From NCBI GenBank assembly GCA_947625435.1, contig CANQOI010000002.1:1043-65042 (forward strand): 64,000 nt of DNA. The letters are read 5' to 3'. The notes under the pieces were generated by a model. The model was not told the DNA's origin. It was given only the letters and a program-made list of their open reading frames with translations, and did no database searches. Shown here piece by piece: positions 38,182-48,754 of this stretch. The position numbers were made by a program, and so were the translations under genes. Source of the DNA: an uncultured Clostridia bacterium (GTDB lineage Bacteria > Bacillota > Clostridia > UBA1212 > UBA1255). Numbering within the stretch: the stretch's first letter is position 1; every line of letters begins with the position of its first letter.

Positions 38182-39281
38182 TTTTGCTCATTCTCCCAAA
38201 CACTTGTCCAATATTCATACGAGTCGCTCAGTATGTCGCTCATATCCAAGGCGTCGTAAAGGGCACTGTCCACCTCGTATTTATACTTATCGGATGCAAG
38301 AAGCTGCGTAAGATCCCTGTTTACGCAGAATGTGCGCGTCCATTCTATCATGCTGTCCGTGCCCTTAAGCTGTTCAAAATCGGTTATGCCGTCAAGCCGT
38401 ATAACATATACGACTGTATCTGTCTGAACGACGCCCGCATTCCCTGCCGCGGCGCTCCTGAGCCAATCGTACACTTCCGGATATTCATTCTTATTGGCAG
38501 GGTAAAATTTCATCTCGCCGTCTGACTCTAAAAGCCCGCTGTCAGTGCAGTTCTCTCTCAGGAGCTTATCAAAGCTCTCGCCGTTGTTATACTGCCCGAG
38601 TATTGAATTCGCCGTTTGCGTAAGTGCTTCCTTTGTATGCTCCGCGTCTACGAAAAGCGGTATAACGGATGTGTTGTATGTATAGAGATAATCGTAATAT
38701 TCGCCGAACGCCTTCTGCTGGGATTCCTCGCTTATGTCGGCGTTGTTCAGGCAAATGTCATTGTATTTATCTATTTTATACCAATTTTCCCAGAATTCCT
38801 TATATTCTTGTTCCGAAATGCCGTAATAGTACCTGTAAAATTCTTCTTTGTCCAGCTTTCTCCCGTCTATATCGGCGGCTGATTCATAATCGCTTTCAAA
38901 ATGAGTCTCGAGTTCTTTCTTCTCATCATCCGTAAGAGTCACGCCCGCGTTCTCCGCCTCAAGCACTCTTACTATATATTCTTTTGTAAAATCGGATGTG
39001 TATTTTTTTATCTCATCCTTATCCGAAAGCGTCGGAGATGTATAAAGCAGCTTGACTGTATCCTCTTCCTGATTAAGTATTATGCGCGCAAAGAATCTGA
39101 ATTGGTTTTCCGTGACTTTGAAATCACCTATGTGCGCTATCACACGTTTTTCCTCGGCATCGCTTCTGTCCTTGCTCCTCCCCGAAATAAAGGCGGACAT
39201 ACATACAACGACAATGATCATGATAAGGAGAACACATGATAACAGTATTACATTCAATCTCATTTTACCGGCAGAACTCAT
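38178..39281 (-). CDS. membrane-anchored protein, possibly a degenerate parvulin/PrsA-like foldase
   Basis: N-terminal TM. The C-terminal region [16 protein letters not shown]...DGEMKFYP...PEVYDWL...GVVQTD resembles a PpiC domain (weak). Confidence 0.35.
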   Translation of the reverse strand: MSSAGKMRLNVILLSCVLLIMIIVVVCMSAFISGRSKDRSDAEEKRVIAHIGDFKVTENQFRFFARIILNQEEDTVKLLYTSPTLSDKDEIKKYTSDFTKEYIVRVLEAENAGVTLTDDEKKELETHFESDYESAADIDGRKLDKEEFYRYYYGISEQEYKEFWENWYKIDKYNDICLNNADISEESQQKAFGEYYDYLYTYNTSVIPLFVDAEHTKEALTQTANSILGQYNNGESFDKLLRENCTDSGLLESDGEMKFYPANKNEYPEVYDWLRSAAAGNAGVVQTDTVVYVIRLDGITDFEQLKGTDSMIEWTRTFCVNRDLTQLLASDKYKYEVDSALYDALDMSDILSDSYEYWTSVWENEQK

Positions 39282-39318
39282 AAATAACTATCCTCAATAA
39301 ATATTCCGGGCTTTCTCC

Positions 39319-40350
39319 TCAGAACGAATCATCATAATCATCATAATCTTCATAATCTTCATTATCTTCATTATCTTCGTTATCTTCATATTCTTCGGCT
39401 TCTTCATCGCTGCCGCCGTCATAGGCTTCGGAATTTTTCTTTATATCCTTAACGGTCGACGCGTCCGGAACATACACATTGTCATCATTCTGATACAGGT
39501 CGTCTCTCATGGCGGCGAATGTGTTAAATACGAAATAGAAATAGATATAATATATCAGAGTGCGCACCAATGAAGTGACAGCAAATACCACCAGGCTCAG
39601 TGCGAGCGAGCGGTGTCCGTAATGTATCGCAAAAAGACCGACTCTGAGAGCGATCGTCAGAAACATGAAGAGCGCTGTCTTGGGAAGCAGGTACCAGCAG
39701 TACATATTGCCCATTCTGAGGCCGTTTCTCAAAGTGCTCTTCCTGAATCCCGCTATCGCCGGTAAGATATAGGTAAAATACATGCCGTAAAATACCATCG
39801 AGAGCAGCATGACGAATACTGTAAGGATACATACGAGCAGCATCGTAAAAATGATGTCCGTGTTGCCGTCAAAAAACATTCTCAGCATTAACACGGGAGG
39901 GATAGCCGAGTATAGTAAAAGTACCAGAAAAGCAGCGGAAAGTACGGTAAATACAAAAAAGTAAAGCGTTACCCTGATGAAATTCTTCTTTAAGCCGTCA
40001 CTGAATTCTCTGCGTCTTTTGGGATATCCGTCCACGGCGGACAGCAGTATATTCGAATATCCGGAGAAGAACAGAGACATGAGCATTGAAAACAGCAGGA
40101 CAAAGAACAGCACTATCATTATCGTTATAACGGCGCTGCTTCCTGTTTTGAGAAAATCGGCCGCCTTGCCCACCCAGCCGGACAGAGCTTCCATGTAGTT
40201 ATGCTTTAATATATAGCTGAAGGATCCGTACGATCTTATAATAGGATTATATGCCTCTGCGGCACTGAACAAAAATGCGAAGAGCATCATGAGCAGGAAG
40301 ATCGCCGGTCTGTCCTTTATTCTTCTGAAAAAATCACGCATTGAATCCAT
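39319..40350 (-). CDS. polytopic membrane protein with a poly-acidic (D/E/N/Y) C-terminal tail
   Basis: ~8 hydrophobic helices. Tail DGGSDEEAEEYEDNEDNEDNEDYEDYDDYDDSF. Confidence 0.5.
   Translation of the reverse strand: MDSMRDFFRRIKDRPAIFLLMMLFAFLFSAAEAYNPIIRSYGSFSYILKHNYMEALSGWVGKAADFLKTGSSAVITIMIVLFFVLLFSMLMSLFFSGYSNILLSAVDGYPKRRREFSDGLKKNFIRVTLYFFVFTVLSAAFLVLLLYSAIPPVLMLRMFFDGNTDIIFTMLLVCILTVFVMLLSMVFYGMYFTYILPAIAGFRKSTLRNGLRMGNMYCWYLLPKTALFMFLTIALRVGLFAIHYGHRSLALSLVVFAVTSLVRTLIYYIYFYFVFNTFAAMRDDLYQNDDNVYVPDASTVKDIKKNSEAYDGGSDEEAEEYEDNEDNEDNEDYEDYDDYDDSF
39328..39400. repeat. imperfect tandem 6-mer/3-mer repeats (atcata/atcttc)n encoding the acidic tail
   Basis: atcatcataatcatcataatcttcataatcttcattatcttcattatcttcgttatcttc. 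Confidence 0.6.
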
Positions 40351-40578
40351 ATCATACTCCTGTAATTCTAACGCATTTTATCCGATCTGAAATATCGACT
40401 ACGTGATTATACCATTGCGGGCACGGGAAAGCAAATGAGAAGTGTAAAGACATGCCGTAAAAGGTCCGCAGGCTCATAAAACCGGATCTTACTTTATAAA
40501 ATATAATAGAAAACGCATAGCTCATATGCTATACTTTAGACCTAATACCGAATTTCACGGTCGGAAGGAGCATTCAGA

Positions 40579-41961
40579 ATGGTTCCGAATACAGGAAACA
40601 GACAAAAGCATATACATTTTATAGGGATAGGCGGTTCGAGTATGAGCGGCCTTGCGGAGCTCGCTCTCAAGCAGGGGTATGCCGTGAGCGGCTCTGACAG
40701 AAGCGATTCGCAGCTGCTCGACCGTCTGAGGAACGAAGGCATACATATTTATACTTCACAGGAAGCATGCAATATCACAGACGATATCGACACCGTCGTT
40801 TACACGCTCGCCGTACCAGAATCAAATCCCGAGCTGGCGGCCGCAAGAAAGAAAAACATACCCGTATGCGAAAGAGGCGTATATCTCGGTATGATAGCGG
40901 ATCATTACAGATATACCGCGGCGGTATCCGGCACACACGGCAAAACGACCGTAACTTCAATGCTCAGTTCGATACTCATATCCGACAACAAAAAGCCGAG
41001 CGTACACATAGGAGGTGTTTTTCACAGAATAGGCGGAAGCGTACTCGCTTCAGACAGCGAATATTTCATAACCGAAGCATGTGAATATCACGAAAATTTT
41101 CTCAACATCCGCCCGTACGCAGGCATAATACTGAACGTAGAGCCCGAGCATCTGGATTATTACAGAGATTTCGATCACATCAGATCAGCTTTTTCAAAAT
41201 TTGCCGCGTCATGCTCCGAAGACGGTTTTTTAGTCGTTTGCAAAGACTGTGACGCAGCGGTATCCGTTTCGGGATCTGCCCGATGCAGGGTCGTCATGTA
41301 CAGCATACATGACACATCGGCTGAATTTTACGCGTCAGATATCGGTCACGAAAACGGCTCCGCTCATTATACGCTCATGCACAGAGGAGATCCCGTATGT
41401 AAGATATGCCTGAACGTACCGGGCGCACATAATATATCCGATTCGGTAGCCGCCGCGGCCGCGGCCTTAAATCTCGGCTGCAGTCCGGAAGGCATCGCAG
41501 ACGGACTGGCGGAATTTCACGGGGCCGGGAGACGTTTTGAACAAAAAGGAACATGTAGCGGCGCGCCTCTCATAGACGATTATGCGCATCATCCCACAGA
41601 GATAAATGCCGTGCTGTCGGCAGCCCGCGATGTGATACCGGACAAAGGGCGCATAATCGCAGTATTCCAGCCTCACACATACTCGCGCGCGATGGCTTTC
41701 CAAAATGAATTTGCGGAAGCGCTCTCAAAAGCGGATAAAGTCATAGTAACAGATATCTATTCCGCCCGCGAGAGCGATCCCGGAACGATATCGGGCAGCT
41801 CAATGGCAGGATATTTTGCTGAAAAAGGTATCGACGCCGTATATATTTCCGATTTCGGCGATATAGCCGATGTAATAAAAAACACGGCCGTGCCGGGCGA
41901 TATAGTGATAACACTGGGAGCCGGCAGCGTAAACCGTGTGATAGACGAGATCTTAAAGTAA
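40579..41961 (+). CDS. murC: UDP-N-acetylmuramate--L-alanine ligase
   Basis: IHFIGIGGSSMSGLA and GTHGKTTVTSM, a Mur ligase family layout. RBS ggaaggag. Confidence 0.9.
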   Translation: MVPNTGNRQKHIHFIGIGGSSMSGLAELALKQGYAVSGSDRSDSQLLDRLRNEGIHIYTSQEACNITDDIDTVVYTLAVPESNPELAAARKKNIPVCERGVYLGMIADHYRYTAAVSGTHGKTTVTSMLSSILISDNKKPSVHIGGVFHRIGGSVLASDSEYFITEACEYHENFLNIRPYAGIILNVEPEHLDYYRDFDHIRSAFSKFAASCSEDGFLVVCKDCDAAVSVSGSARCRVVMYSIHDTSAEFYASDIGHENGSAHYTLMHRGDPVCKICLNVPGAHNISDSVAAAAAALNLGCSPEGIADGLAEFHGAGRRFEQKGTCSGAPLIDDYAHHPTEINAVLSAARDVIPDKGRIIAVFQPHTYSRAMAFQNEFAEALSKADKVIVTDIYSARESDPGTISGSSMAGYFAEKGIDAVYISDFGDIADVIKNTAVPGDIVITLGAGSVNRVIDEILK

Positions 41962-41972
41962 TATGCTTCCTT

Positions 41973-42995
41973 TTATCTTGTTATGGCGTAGTCCTTCTTC
42001 TTATCGCTGTCCATGTCGTTAAGTATCTGAACCGAGCCCTGTACAACGCAGTACTGCGGGTTCTCGGCGAGCATTACGTCAACGCCTGTGCTCTTTCTTA
42101 TGAGCTCATCGAATCCGGCTATCTGCGCTCCGCCGCCTGTCATTATGATACCTTTACAATATATATCCGCCGCCAGCTCGGGAGGCGTTTCTTCAAGTAC
42201 CGAATGTATACCGTCAAGTATAGGCACCGCAGTGTCTATCAGAGGTTCAAGTATCTCTTCGGATGTGACGATCCTCTCGCTGGGAAGTCCGGTGATAAGA
42301 TCGCTGCCTCTTATCTCTATAGAGCTCTTTTTTGCTCCGTGATACAGGCAGCCCACTTCTATCTTGATCTCCTCAGCCGTGCTGTCTCCTATCATAAGAT
42401 TGTGCTTTTTCTTAAGATAGCTCTTTATCGTTTCGTCAAACGTATCTCCGGCGACCCTCACGCTCTTGCTGTTTACGATACCTTCATACGAAATGACTGC
42501 TATATCCGTTGTGCCGCCGCCTACATCTATGATCATGTTGCCCGTAGGCCTCGATATATCAAGCCCCGCTCCGACAGCGGCCGCAAGAGGCTCCTCTACA
42601 AGAAATACCCTTCCGGCGCCCGCACTTATTGACGCCTGATAAACTGCCCTCTTCTCGACACTCGTAGTGTTGCTCGGTATGCACACGAGCACATCCGGCT
42701 TAAACTTTCTGGCGATCGGATTCCTTATAGCCTTATTGAGATAGTATGCTATCATTTTTCTCGTAATGGTATAACTCGATATCACGCCGTTGCGCACAGG
42801 GCGCACCGTTGTTATATCAAAAGGAGTTCTGCCCATCATAAGGCGGGCTTCCTCGCCTATAGCTATTACCTCATTCGTTCCTTCCCTGACTGCTACTATA
42901 GAAGGTTCTTTTATGACAACGCCTTTATCGCCTACACTTACGAGTACCGTGGCCGTGCCGAGATCTATTGCTATATTTTGCTTGAAAAGGCTCAC
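41973..42995 (-). CDS. mreB: rod-shape-determining actin homolog MreB/Mbl
   Basis: IAIDLGTATVLV, DIGGGTTD and other actin-fold ATPase motifs. 340 aa. Confidence 0.85.
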   Translation of the reverse strand: MSLFKQNIAIDLGTATVLVSVGDKGVVIKEPSIVAVREGTNEVIAIGEEARLMMGRTPFDITTVRPVRNGVISSYTITRKMIAYYLNKAIRNPIARKFKPDVLVCIPSNTTSVEKRAVYQASISAGAGRVFLVEEPLAAAVGAGLDISRPTGNMIIDVGGGTTDIAVISYEGIVNSKSVRVAGDTFDETIKSYLKKKHNLMIGDSTAEEIKIEVGCLYHGAKKSSIEIRGSDLITGLPSERIVTSEEILEPLIDTAVPILDGIHSVLEETPPELAADIYCKGIIMTGGGAQIAGFDELIRKSTGVDVMLAENPQYCVVQGSVQILNDMDSDKKKDYAITR

Positions 42996-43052
42996 TGTTA
43001 ATGCACCCCGGATAGATTGATTTACCGAATAAATATTACCATAACAATATTT

Positions 43053-44054
43053 TCAGGGCAAGTGCAAAATAAGCTCCGATTGAGGCAGTCCTATACCTAT
43101 CCTGCTTCCGTCATGTATGAGAACAGGCTGCTTCGGCATTACCCTTTCACCGTCCACATATGTGCCGTTTGTTGAACTGAGATCCGTAATATACCAGCTT
43201 TCGTTCTGTCTGCACAGCTCTGCGTGGCGTTTGCTCACGAATATCAGATTCAGCGGTATGTCAGCCCAATCCTTATCTCTGCCTATGTGTATTTCTTCGG
43301 CAGCCTTGTCTGCCGTGTACCGGATATCATCCAGAAGCGATCCTCCGCTCAGCTCCATATCAGACACCTCTGTCTTTCGCTTGACACTGCCGCTTTTACG
43401 GTACTGCACGAGAAAATATCCGGCACGGCACACGATCGAATTCAGAACACGTTTTATACCGATCCCGCTCTTTTGCCCGTTCAGTATGCACTTTATTTCT
43501 TCCTCCGGGAAAATATTGCCGTCATCGCACATATCCGATTCCCATTCCGACAAGGCTCTCAGGATATCGCAGACCGCAGTCCCGGCCTTCTGTGACTGTG
43601 CCGAAGAAGAATATTCTATGAGAAGCGATACGATCGCCATCATATCGCTGCATTTATTATATAACATTTTACCGTCTTTATACTTGCCGTCATCCGGAGC
43701 GTATACAAATTCAGTATCGGATACAGACGTCCCGACAAAAATGCACTCATAGTCAAACACGAAGTTGTGAAATCCTATCCCGTTTTCCGATGCATCCGAA
43801 TACAGTGCGCACAGCCTGCGCACCAGCGCGAAGAAATCATCCGCACGGAAACCGTTTTCATAAATATATTCCTTGAGTGACTGTCTGTGATTTATACAGA
43901 ATTTATACACGCCGCCTTCCCATATCACCTCCGACGGTACATACACGCCGCTCATTTTCCGTGAGACATCGTCCATTTCGTTCTTCAATTCCGCAGGAGT
44001 CAGGGCCGACTGTGCGGACAGCTCGCATCCCGTCCTTTCTTTGTTTATTTTCAT
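43053..44054 (-). CDS. FHA-domain protein (C-terminal FHA, N-terminal unknown domain)
   Basis: IGRDKDWADIPL...VSKRHAEL...DLSSTNGTYVDGERV is an FHA fold signature. Confidence 0.65.
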   Translation of the reverse strand: MKINKERTGCELSAQSALTPAELKNEMDDVSRKMSGVYVPSEVIWEGGVYKFCINHRQSLKEYIYENGFRADDFFALVRRLCALYSDASENGIGFHNFVFDYECIFVGTSVSDTEFVYAPDDGKYKDGKMLYNKCSDMMAIVSLLIEYSSSAQSQKAGTAVCDILRALSEWESDMCDDGNIFPEEEIKCILNGQKSGIGIKRVLNSIVCRAGYFLVQYRKSGSVKRKTEVSDMELSGGSLLDDIRYTADKAAEEIHIGRDKDWADIPLNLIFVSKRHAELCRQNESWYITDLSSTNGTYVDGERVMPKQPVLIHDGSRIGIGLPQSELILHLP

Positions 44055-44078
44055 AAGATATACACCTCTTGACCGATA

Positions 44079-44324
44079 TTACAGACTGTTGATCGTAGAA
44101 TCGGTTTTGGCCTGGATCTTATCGAATATGAGTCCGGCCAGATCCATTATGAAATTTCTGAAAAGGAGCGCAAGAGCCACAAGCACGGCTATTATGATTA
44201 TAACCTCAAGTGTGCCCATACCCGATTCGTTTTTGAAAAAATCCTTTATCCTGCCGCGAAGCGCCCCTCGTATGTGCGCCGTGCGGATACCCATATTTGC
44301 CATAAAGCGTAAATACACAAACAT
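44079..44324 (-). CDS. flp: Flp/Fap-family pilin (class III signal, G/MGTLEV cleavage motif); start uncertain, the ORF track extends to 44381
   Basis: ESGMGTLEVIIIIAVLVALALLF fits the Flp G-xxxx-E-[YV] motif followed by a hydrophobic helix. Confidence 0.55.
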   Translation of the reverse strand: MFVYLRFMANMGIRTAHIRGALRGRIKDFFKNESGMGTLEVIIIIAVLVALALLFRNFIMDLAGLIFDKIQAKTDSTINSL

Positions 44325-44396
44325 CACTCTCCTGATCGTACATATATATAAATCCAACAAATAAAACCGTATAAATAACACATCAGCTTCCGGGCT

Positions 44397-45032
44397 TTAC
44401 ATCCCTCCGAACATTTCCATAACGGCAGGCGCGAGCAGAAGTATTATCATAGCTATCAGTACCAGGGCTGAAGGTATGGTGAGCAGCGTTACGGCCTCAT
44501 CTGCCATCTTGCCCGCTATCCTCCGCCTTTCGTTCCTGTAAAGCTGCGCCTGCGATGCGAATATGGAGCTGAGCTCGCTGCTGCCTTTACGCACATTCTG
44601 TATGACCGTAGCACATAAGTTGCTCAGGGCAGCCGATTTGCGGCTGTCGGACAGATCCTCAAAGGCGCTCATGATGTCCTTAGCCGCGCCCTTTCTCACG
44701 CTCTCGAAGGCTCCTTTTATATCTTTATATAAAGGCCTGTCCGCATTGCCTATCTCGGCGGACCGTTCGATCGCGTCCCATATGCCTATCCCCGCTTCGG
44801 TGAACATGGATACATGTGTCAGAAAATCCGGAAGATCCATATCATAGCTTCTGCCGATATATTTCTTTTTCCTCGTCTCAGCCGATAATGTCAATACATA
44901 AACAATTACAACACCGAGCAGAGCGGCTCCGAGCCTTACCTTCATGCTTTCCTTCAGAACGCAGGCAACAACAAACATAAATACGGCAGCCGCAATGAGC
45001 CTCACAACAAGCTTAGGCGTGATCCTCACCAT
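44397..45032 (-). CDS. tadC: TadC-like type II secretion system F-family membrane protein
   Basis: T2SSF-like cytoplasmic domain between TM helices. Lies downstream of the tadB-like gene. Confidence 0.6.
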   Translation of the reverse strand: MVRITPKLVVRLIAAAVFMFVVACVLKESMKVRLGAALLGVVIVYVLTLSAETRKKKYIGRSYDMDLPDFLTHVSMFTEAGIGIWDAIERSAEIGNADRPLYKDIKGAFESVRKGAAKDIMSAFEDLSDSRKSAALSNLCATVIQNVRKGSSELSSIFASQAQLYRNERRRIAGKMADEAVTLLTIPSALVLIAMIILLLAPAVMEMFGGM

Positions 45033-45050
45033 AAAGCATTCCCCCCCGTT

Positions 45051-45809
45051 TCAGTACCGTATATCGCTGAGGCGCTCGCCTATGAGCCATGCGGATATTA
45101 TGAGCGCAAGTACCGCGATCATCACTATCCTGCCTGCGCCGACATACAGCGGTTCGAGATACGACGGTGAAATGGAGCGGAACAGAACGATACAGAAAAC
45201 AGGCATGGCCATTATTATCCTGTTATTGTATTTAGGCGCATTCAGCATGCGTTTTATATCCTGTTCCACATCGGATTTCATGCGCAGAGACGACGATACG
45301 TACCTTATAAGGCCCGCGAGATTGATGCCCGCCGGTATCCCCGCCCGCAGCACTTCGCCGAATGCCGTTATCTCGCTGTTCCCGCACTGTTTTGCAAACT
45401 CCGCGAATGCGCGCTCCGCAGGTATGTTGTTTCTCAGCATTCCGTATACCTTCTCAAGCTCTTTTCCTATGACCTTGTAGCTCTTACGATCCGCCGCCAC
45501 GGTCTCTCTTACGGCATTTTCAATGGTGCTGCCGGAAGAAAGCGACATCGATATCTGTCTCAGCATTATATAGAATTCGGCCTCCACTCTTTCCCGGTGC
45601 ACGGCACGCATGTATTTTCTCATTCTGAATATGAACACGGGCAGCCCGCATAGTGTCAGTATCACGGATATCTTACTGTTTTCAAAAAAAGAAAAGAAAA
45701 CAAAATAAGCGGCCGCAGTATACAGCAGGGTATATAATACAGACAGATATCTCGTTTTGTTGTCAGAATATCCTCTCAAGCCTGATCTCACCGTTGTCAC
45801 CTCCGCCAA
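45051..45809 (-). CDS. tadB: TadB-like type II secretion system F-family membrane protein
   Basis: T2SSF-domain topology. Follows cpaF. Confidence 0.6.
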   Translation of the reverse strand: MAEVTTVRSGLRGYSDNKTRYLSVLYTLLYTAAAYFVFFSFFENSKISVILTLCGLPVFIFRMRKYMRAVHRERVEAEFYIMLRQISMSLSSGSTIENAVRETVAADRKSYKVIGKELEKVYGMLRNNIPAERAFAEFAKQCGNSEITAFGEVLRAGIPAGINLAGLIRYVSSSLRMKSDVEQDIKRMLNAPKYNNRIIMAMPVFCIVLFRSISPSYLEPLYVGAGRIVMIAVLALIISAWLIGERLSDIRY

Positions 45810-46869
45810 CCTCGGCTATTTCCTTAAGAACACGTCCCCTGTCATTTCTTTCAAGAAAAACTATGACATCCACTCCGGAAGCTATCATCCTCTTAATGGC
45901 CTCGCTTCCCACATGACCCTCCCAAAGAGCCATCGTTTCGAGACGCACGAGAGTGTCCGCGGCGGAATTTGCATGTATCGTAGACATTGAACCGCTGTGT
46001 CCCGTACACATGGCAGTAAGAAGATCGAGCGCGCTTTCATCCCTCACCTCTCCTATGATGAGCCTGTCCGGCCTCATACGAAGCGCCGTCTTTATAAGGG
46101 CCCGCATATTTATCTCGCCGCGTCCCTCCGTATTCGAATTCCTCGTTTCCAGTCTTACGGTATTTCTGTGCCGTATCATGAGCTCCGCCGAATCCTCTAT
46201 GGTTATGATACGCTTATCCTTGGGGATATAGTCTGCCAGCATGTTCATAAAAGTCGTTTTGCCGGATGACGTTCCGCCTGATATTATTATGCTCCCGCCT
46301 CTTTCTACCGTGCGTATGATATATTCCGCCATATCTTCCGTCAGTGTCCCGTTTTTTATGAAATCGTCCATCGTGAATCTGCGGTGCGTAAATTTCCTTA
46401 TCGTCACTATCGGACCGTTTATCGCAGCCGGATTGAGAACCACATTTATACGCGCGCCTCCCGAAAGCCTCGCGTCTACTATGGGATTGCTCTCGTTCAC
46501 GGTCCTGTTAGCCCACGAGAGCATAGACTGTATGCTGTGAAACAGTTCCTCCTTGCTGCTGTATCTTTCCGCACATTCCGTCAGTGTACCGTCCCTTTCT
46601 ATGAAAATACCGTCCGTGCCGTTTATCATTATCTCATTGACCGAATCGTCCTCTATGTAAGGCTGTATTATGCCTGTCCTTCTTCTGACATTGAAGACCT
46701 CGGTAATGAGTCCTTCCCTGTCTATGTCTTTCATGGGGACTCTGGCTTCCATTTCGTCCACGCATGAGCCTATGACGGCCCTCAGATCGGAGTCGCTGTA
46801 TTCTCTTGTCATATCCATGCGCTGTCTGAGCCGCCTGTCAACTATTTCGGCCAGCTGTTTGCCGTCCAT
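45763..46869 (-). CDS. cpaF: CpaF/TadA-type pilus assembly ATPase (type II/IV secretion NTPase)
   Basis: Walker A ISGGTSSGKTTFMN, Asp box and RPDRLIIGEVRD. ~370 aa. Confidence 0.85.
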   Translation of the reverse strand: MDGKQLAEIVDRRLRQRMDMTREYSDSDLRAVIGSCVDEMEARVPMKDIDREGLITEVFNVRRRTGIIQPYIEDDSVNEIMINGTDGIFIERDGTLTECAERYSSKEELFHSIQSMLSWANRTVNESNPIVDARLSGGARINVVLNPAAINGPIVTIRKFTHRRFTMDDFIKNGTLTEDMAEYIIRTVERGGSIIISGGTSSGKTTFMNMLADYIPKDKRIITIEDSAELMIRHRNTVRLETRNSNTEGRGEINMRALIKTALRMRPDRLIIGEVRDESALDLLTAMCTGHSGSMSTIHANSAADTLVRLETMALWEGHVGSEAIKRMIASGVDVIVFLERNDRGRVLKEIAEVGGGDNGEIRLERIF

Positions 46870-47051
46870 TCACACCCCTCCTTCTTCATCTTCGCGCCCG
46901 TAAAATATACATCTTTTTCAGGCGTAAAACAACAATTTTCGGGCGTCATTTCCCGATATTTCCCGTCGAATTTCGACTTTTTTCATTTTTGTGTGACCTT
47001 TTTCGTCGCGATCCGACCCCCGTGAAAATACATTTTTGTTGAAAAATTTTA

Positions 47052-47097
47052 CAAAAAAAACAGGACCCGAGGGTTCCGCACCCGGAGGGTCCTGCCT
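47052..47097 (-). terminator. rho-independent terminator for the PH-domain gene
   Basis: caggaccc...gggtcctg stem preceded on the plus strand by an A8 run (a T-run on the minus strand). Confidence 0.55.
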
Positions 47098-47129
47098 GCC
47101 GTATACTGACATAATGCCGTCATATATCG

Positions 47130-47525
47130 TCAATCGTCATGTGTTTCATCGTAATCATCGTCGTCTGTCATATATTCGCGGCTCGAAACACGTTTCTTTG
47201 CGCGCTCGCTCTCGACCATATCCGACAGCTTCTCCTTTACCCAATCCGGGCTCTTTACAGACTTGATATCGAATTCGGGCGTTGTCTTGTCCGCGGAGCA
47301 GCAATGTATCGTGCCTACGCGCACGATCCTCTGGAAAAGCCCCTTCTTAAGCGTCACGTCCAGTATCCTGTAAAGGCGTACCTCCTCCTCTTTTGTAGAG
47401 AGGAATCCTGTTTTGACAATGAGCTTCTCTTCCGTGAGAAAATATTTTGTAAAAGACAGCGGCAGTCCGAAGATCGTCCTTTTGCGATCCTGCCATATAT
47501 ATTCCCGATAAACCTTTTTTGCCAT
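47130..47525 (-). CDS. bacterial PH-domain (bPH_2/YdbS-like) protein with an acidic tail
   Basis: FLTEEKLIVKTGFLSTKEEEVRLYRILDVTL is typical of bPH_2 (DUF304). Confidence 0.45.
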   Translation of the reverse strand: MAKKVYREYIWQDRKRTIFGLPLSFTKYFLTEEKLIVKTGFLSTKEEEVRLYRILDVTLKKGLFQRIVRVGTIHCCSADKTTPEFDIKSVKSPDWVKEKLSDMVESERAKKRVSSREYMTDDDDYDETHDD

Positions 47526-47655
47526 CCGACTTACCTCCCGCTCAGATTCGATCCGTAAAACTCCCGTTCATTTTACCACATTTTTTATACGGTTTCCATA
47601 CTTATGTAAAATGCCCCGCCTTGACTCGGAGCGCGGCCTGTAGTAAATTTTACAC

Positions 47656-48747
47656 GTGAGAGGACTTGTTATGAATTTTGAGAAAAGATCGGACGGAATA
47701 TATGAAAATACCGACGGAGGCGCGGCGCTCATAAAAAAATATGTGCACCCTTTGGTGCTGAAGAGCGCCTCGGGCTCATGTCTCACGGTCGGCAACAACA
47801 TATGGCTCGCGCCGCTTGCCGGGATAACCGACCTTCCCTTCAGGCTATTATGCAAGCAGTGCGCCCGCATGGCGGGAGGCGGCGGGGACGATGCCCCGGG
47901 GCTCGTTTTCACGGAGATGATAAGCGCAAAAGGGCTCCATTACAAGGGAAACAACAGTATACTTCTCGCCGAAAGCGAGCCGGAAGAAAAGCCTGTCTCG
48001 ATGCAGATATTCGGAAGCGAGCCGGATATAATGGCGGAAGGCGCGGCGATACTTGAGGAAGCGGGCGCAAACGCGATAGATATCAATATGGGCTGTCCCG
48101 TTCCGAAGATCACATCCAATTCGGAGGGCAGCGCGCTGCTCAGGGATCCCGTACTCATCGAGAAGATCGTATCCGCCGTTTCGGGCGCGGTACATATTCC
48201 CGTCACGGTCAAAATGCGGCGCGGATTTGAAGGTGAAAAAGAAACGTGCGTTGAAGCCGCTCTGGCGGCGGAGGCAGGCGGCGCGGCAGCGATCACTGTG
48301 CACGGAAGGTTCAGGGAGCAGTATTATTCCGGAAAATGCAGCAGGGACGCCGTTAAACGCGTTAAAGAGGCCGTGAAGATACCCGTGATAGGGAACGGCG
48401 ACATAGCATCTTCACGGCAGGCTCTTGAAATGTTCGAATACACGGGCTGCGACGGCATAATGATAGGACGCGCGGCTCTTGGCAGGCCGTGGATATTTTA
48501 CAGTCTCCTGAATGAGGATTTCCGCGCACCGGATCCGAATGAGATATACAGGATCATAAAGCTCCACATAGAGTACGCCTCGGAGCACATGGGCGAGGAG
48601 CGCGGCATGCGTGAAATGAGAAAGCACCTTGCATGGTACACAAAAGGTATGCCGAATGCCGCCGAAACTAGGAACAGGATATTCAAAGCGGCAACGGCAG
48701 AAGAAACGATAAATATAGCGCGCGAATGTATTTTACGGAACGTGTGA
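47656..48747 (+). CDS. dusB: tRNA-dihydrouridine synthase (DusB-like)
   Basis: LAPLAGITDLPFR, NMGCP and TVKMRRGF. TIM-barrel flavoenzyme. Confidence 0.85.
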   Translation: MRGLVMNFEKRSDGIYENTDGGAALIKKYVHPLVLKSASGSCLTVGNNIWLAPLAGITDLPFRLLCKQCARMAGGGGDDAPGLVFTEMISAKGLHYKGNNSILLAESEPEEKPVSMQIFGSEPDIMAEGAAILEEAGANAIDINMGCPVPKITSNSEGSALLRDPVLIEKIVSAVSGAVHIPVTVKMRRGFEGEKETCVEAALAAEAGGAAAITVHGRFREQYYSGKCSRDAVKRVKEAVKIPVIGNGDIASSRQALEMFEYTGCDGIMIGRAALGRPWIFYSLLNEDFRAPDPNEIYRIIKLHIEYASEHMGEERGMREMRKHLAWYTKGMPNAAETRNRIFKAATAEETINIARECILRNV

Positions 48748-48754
48748 CACGTTA

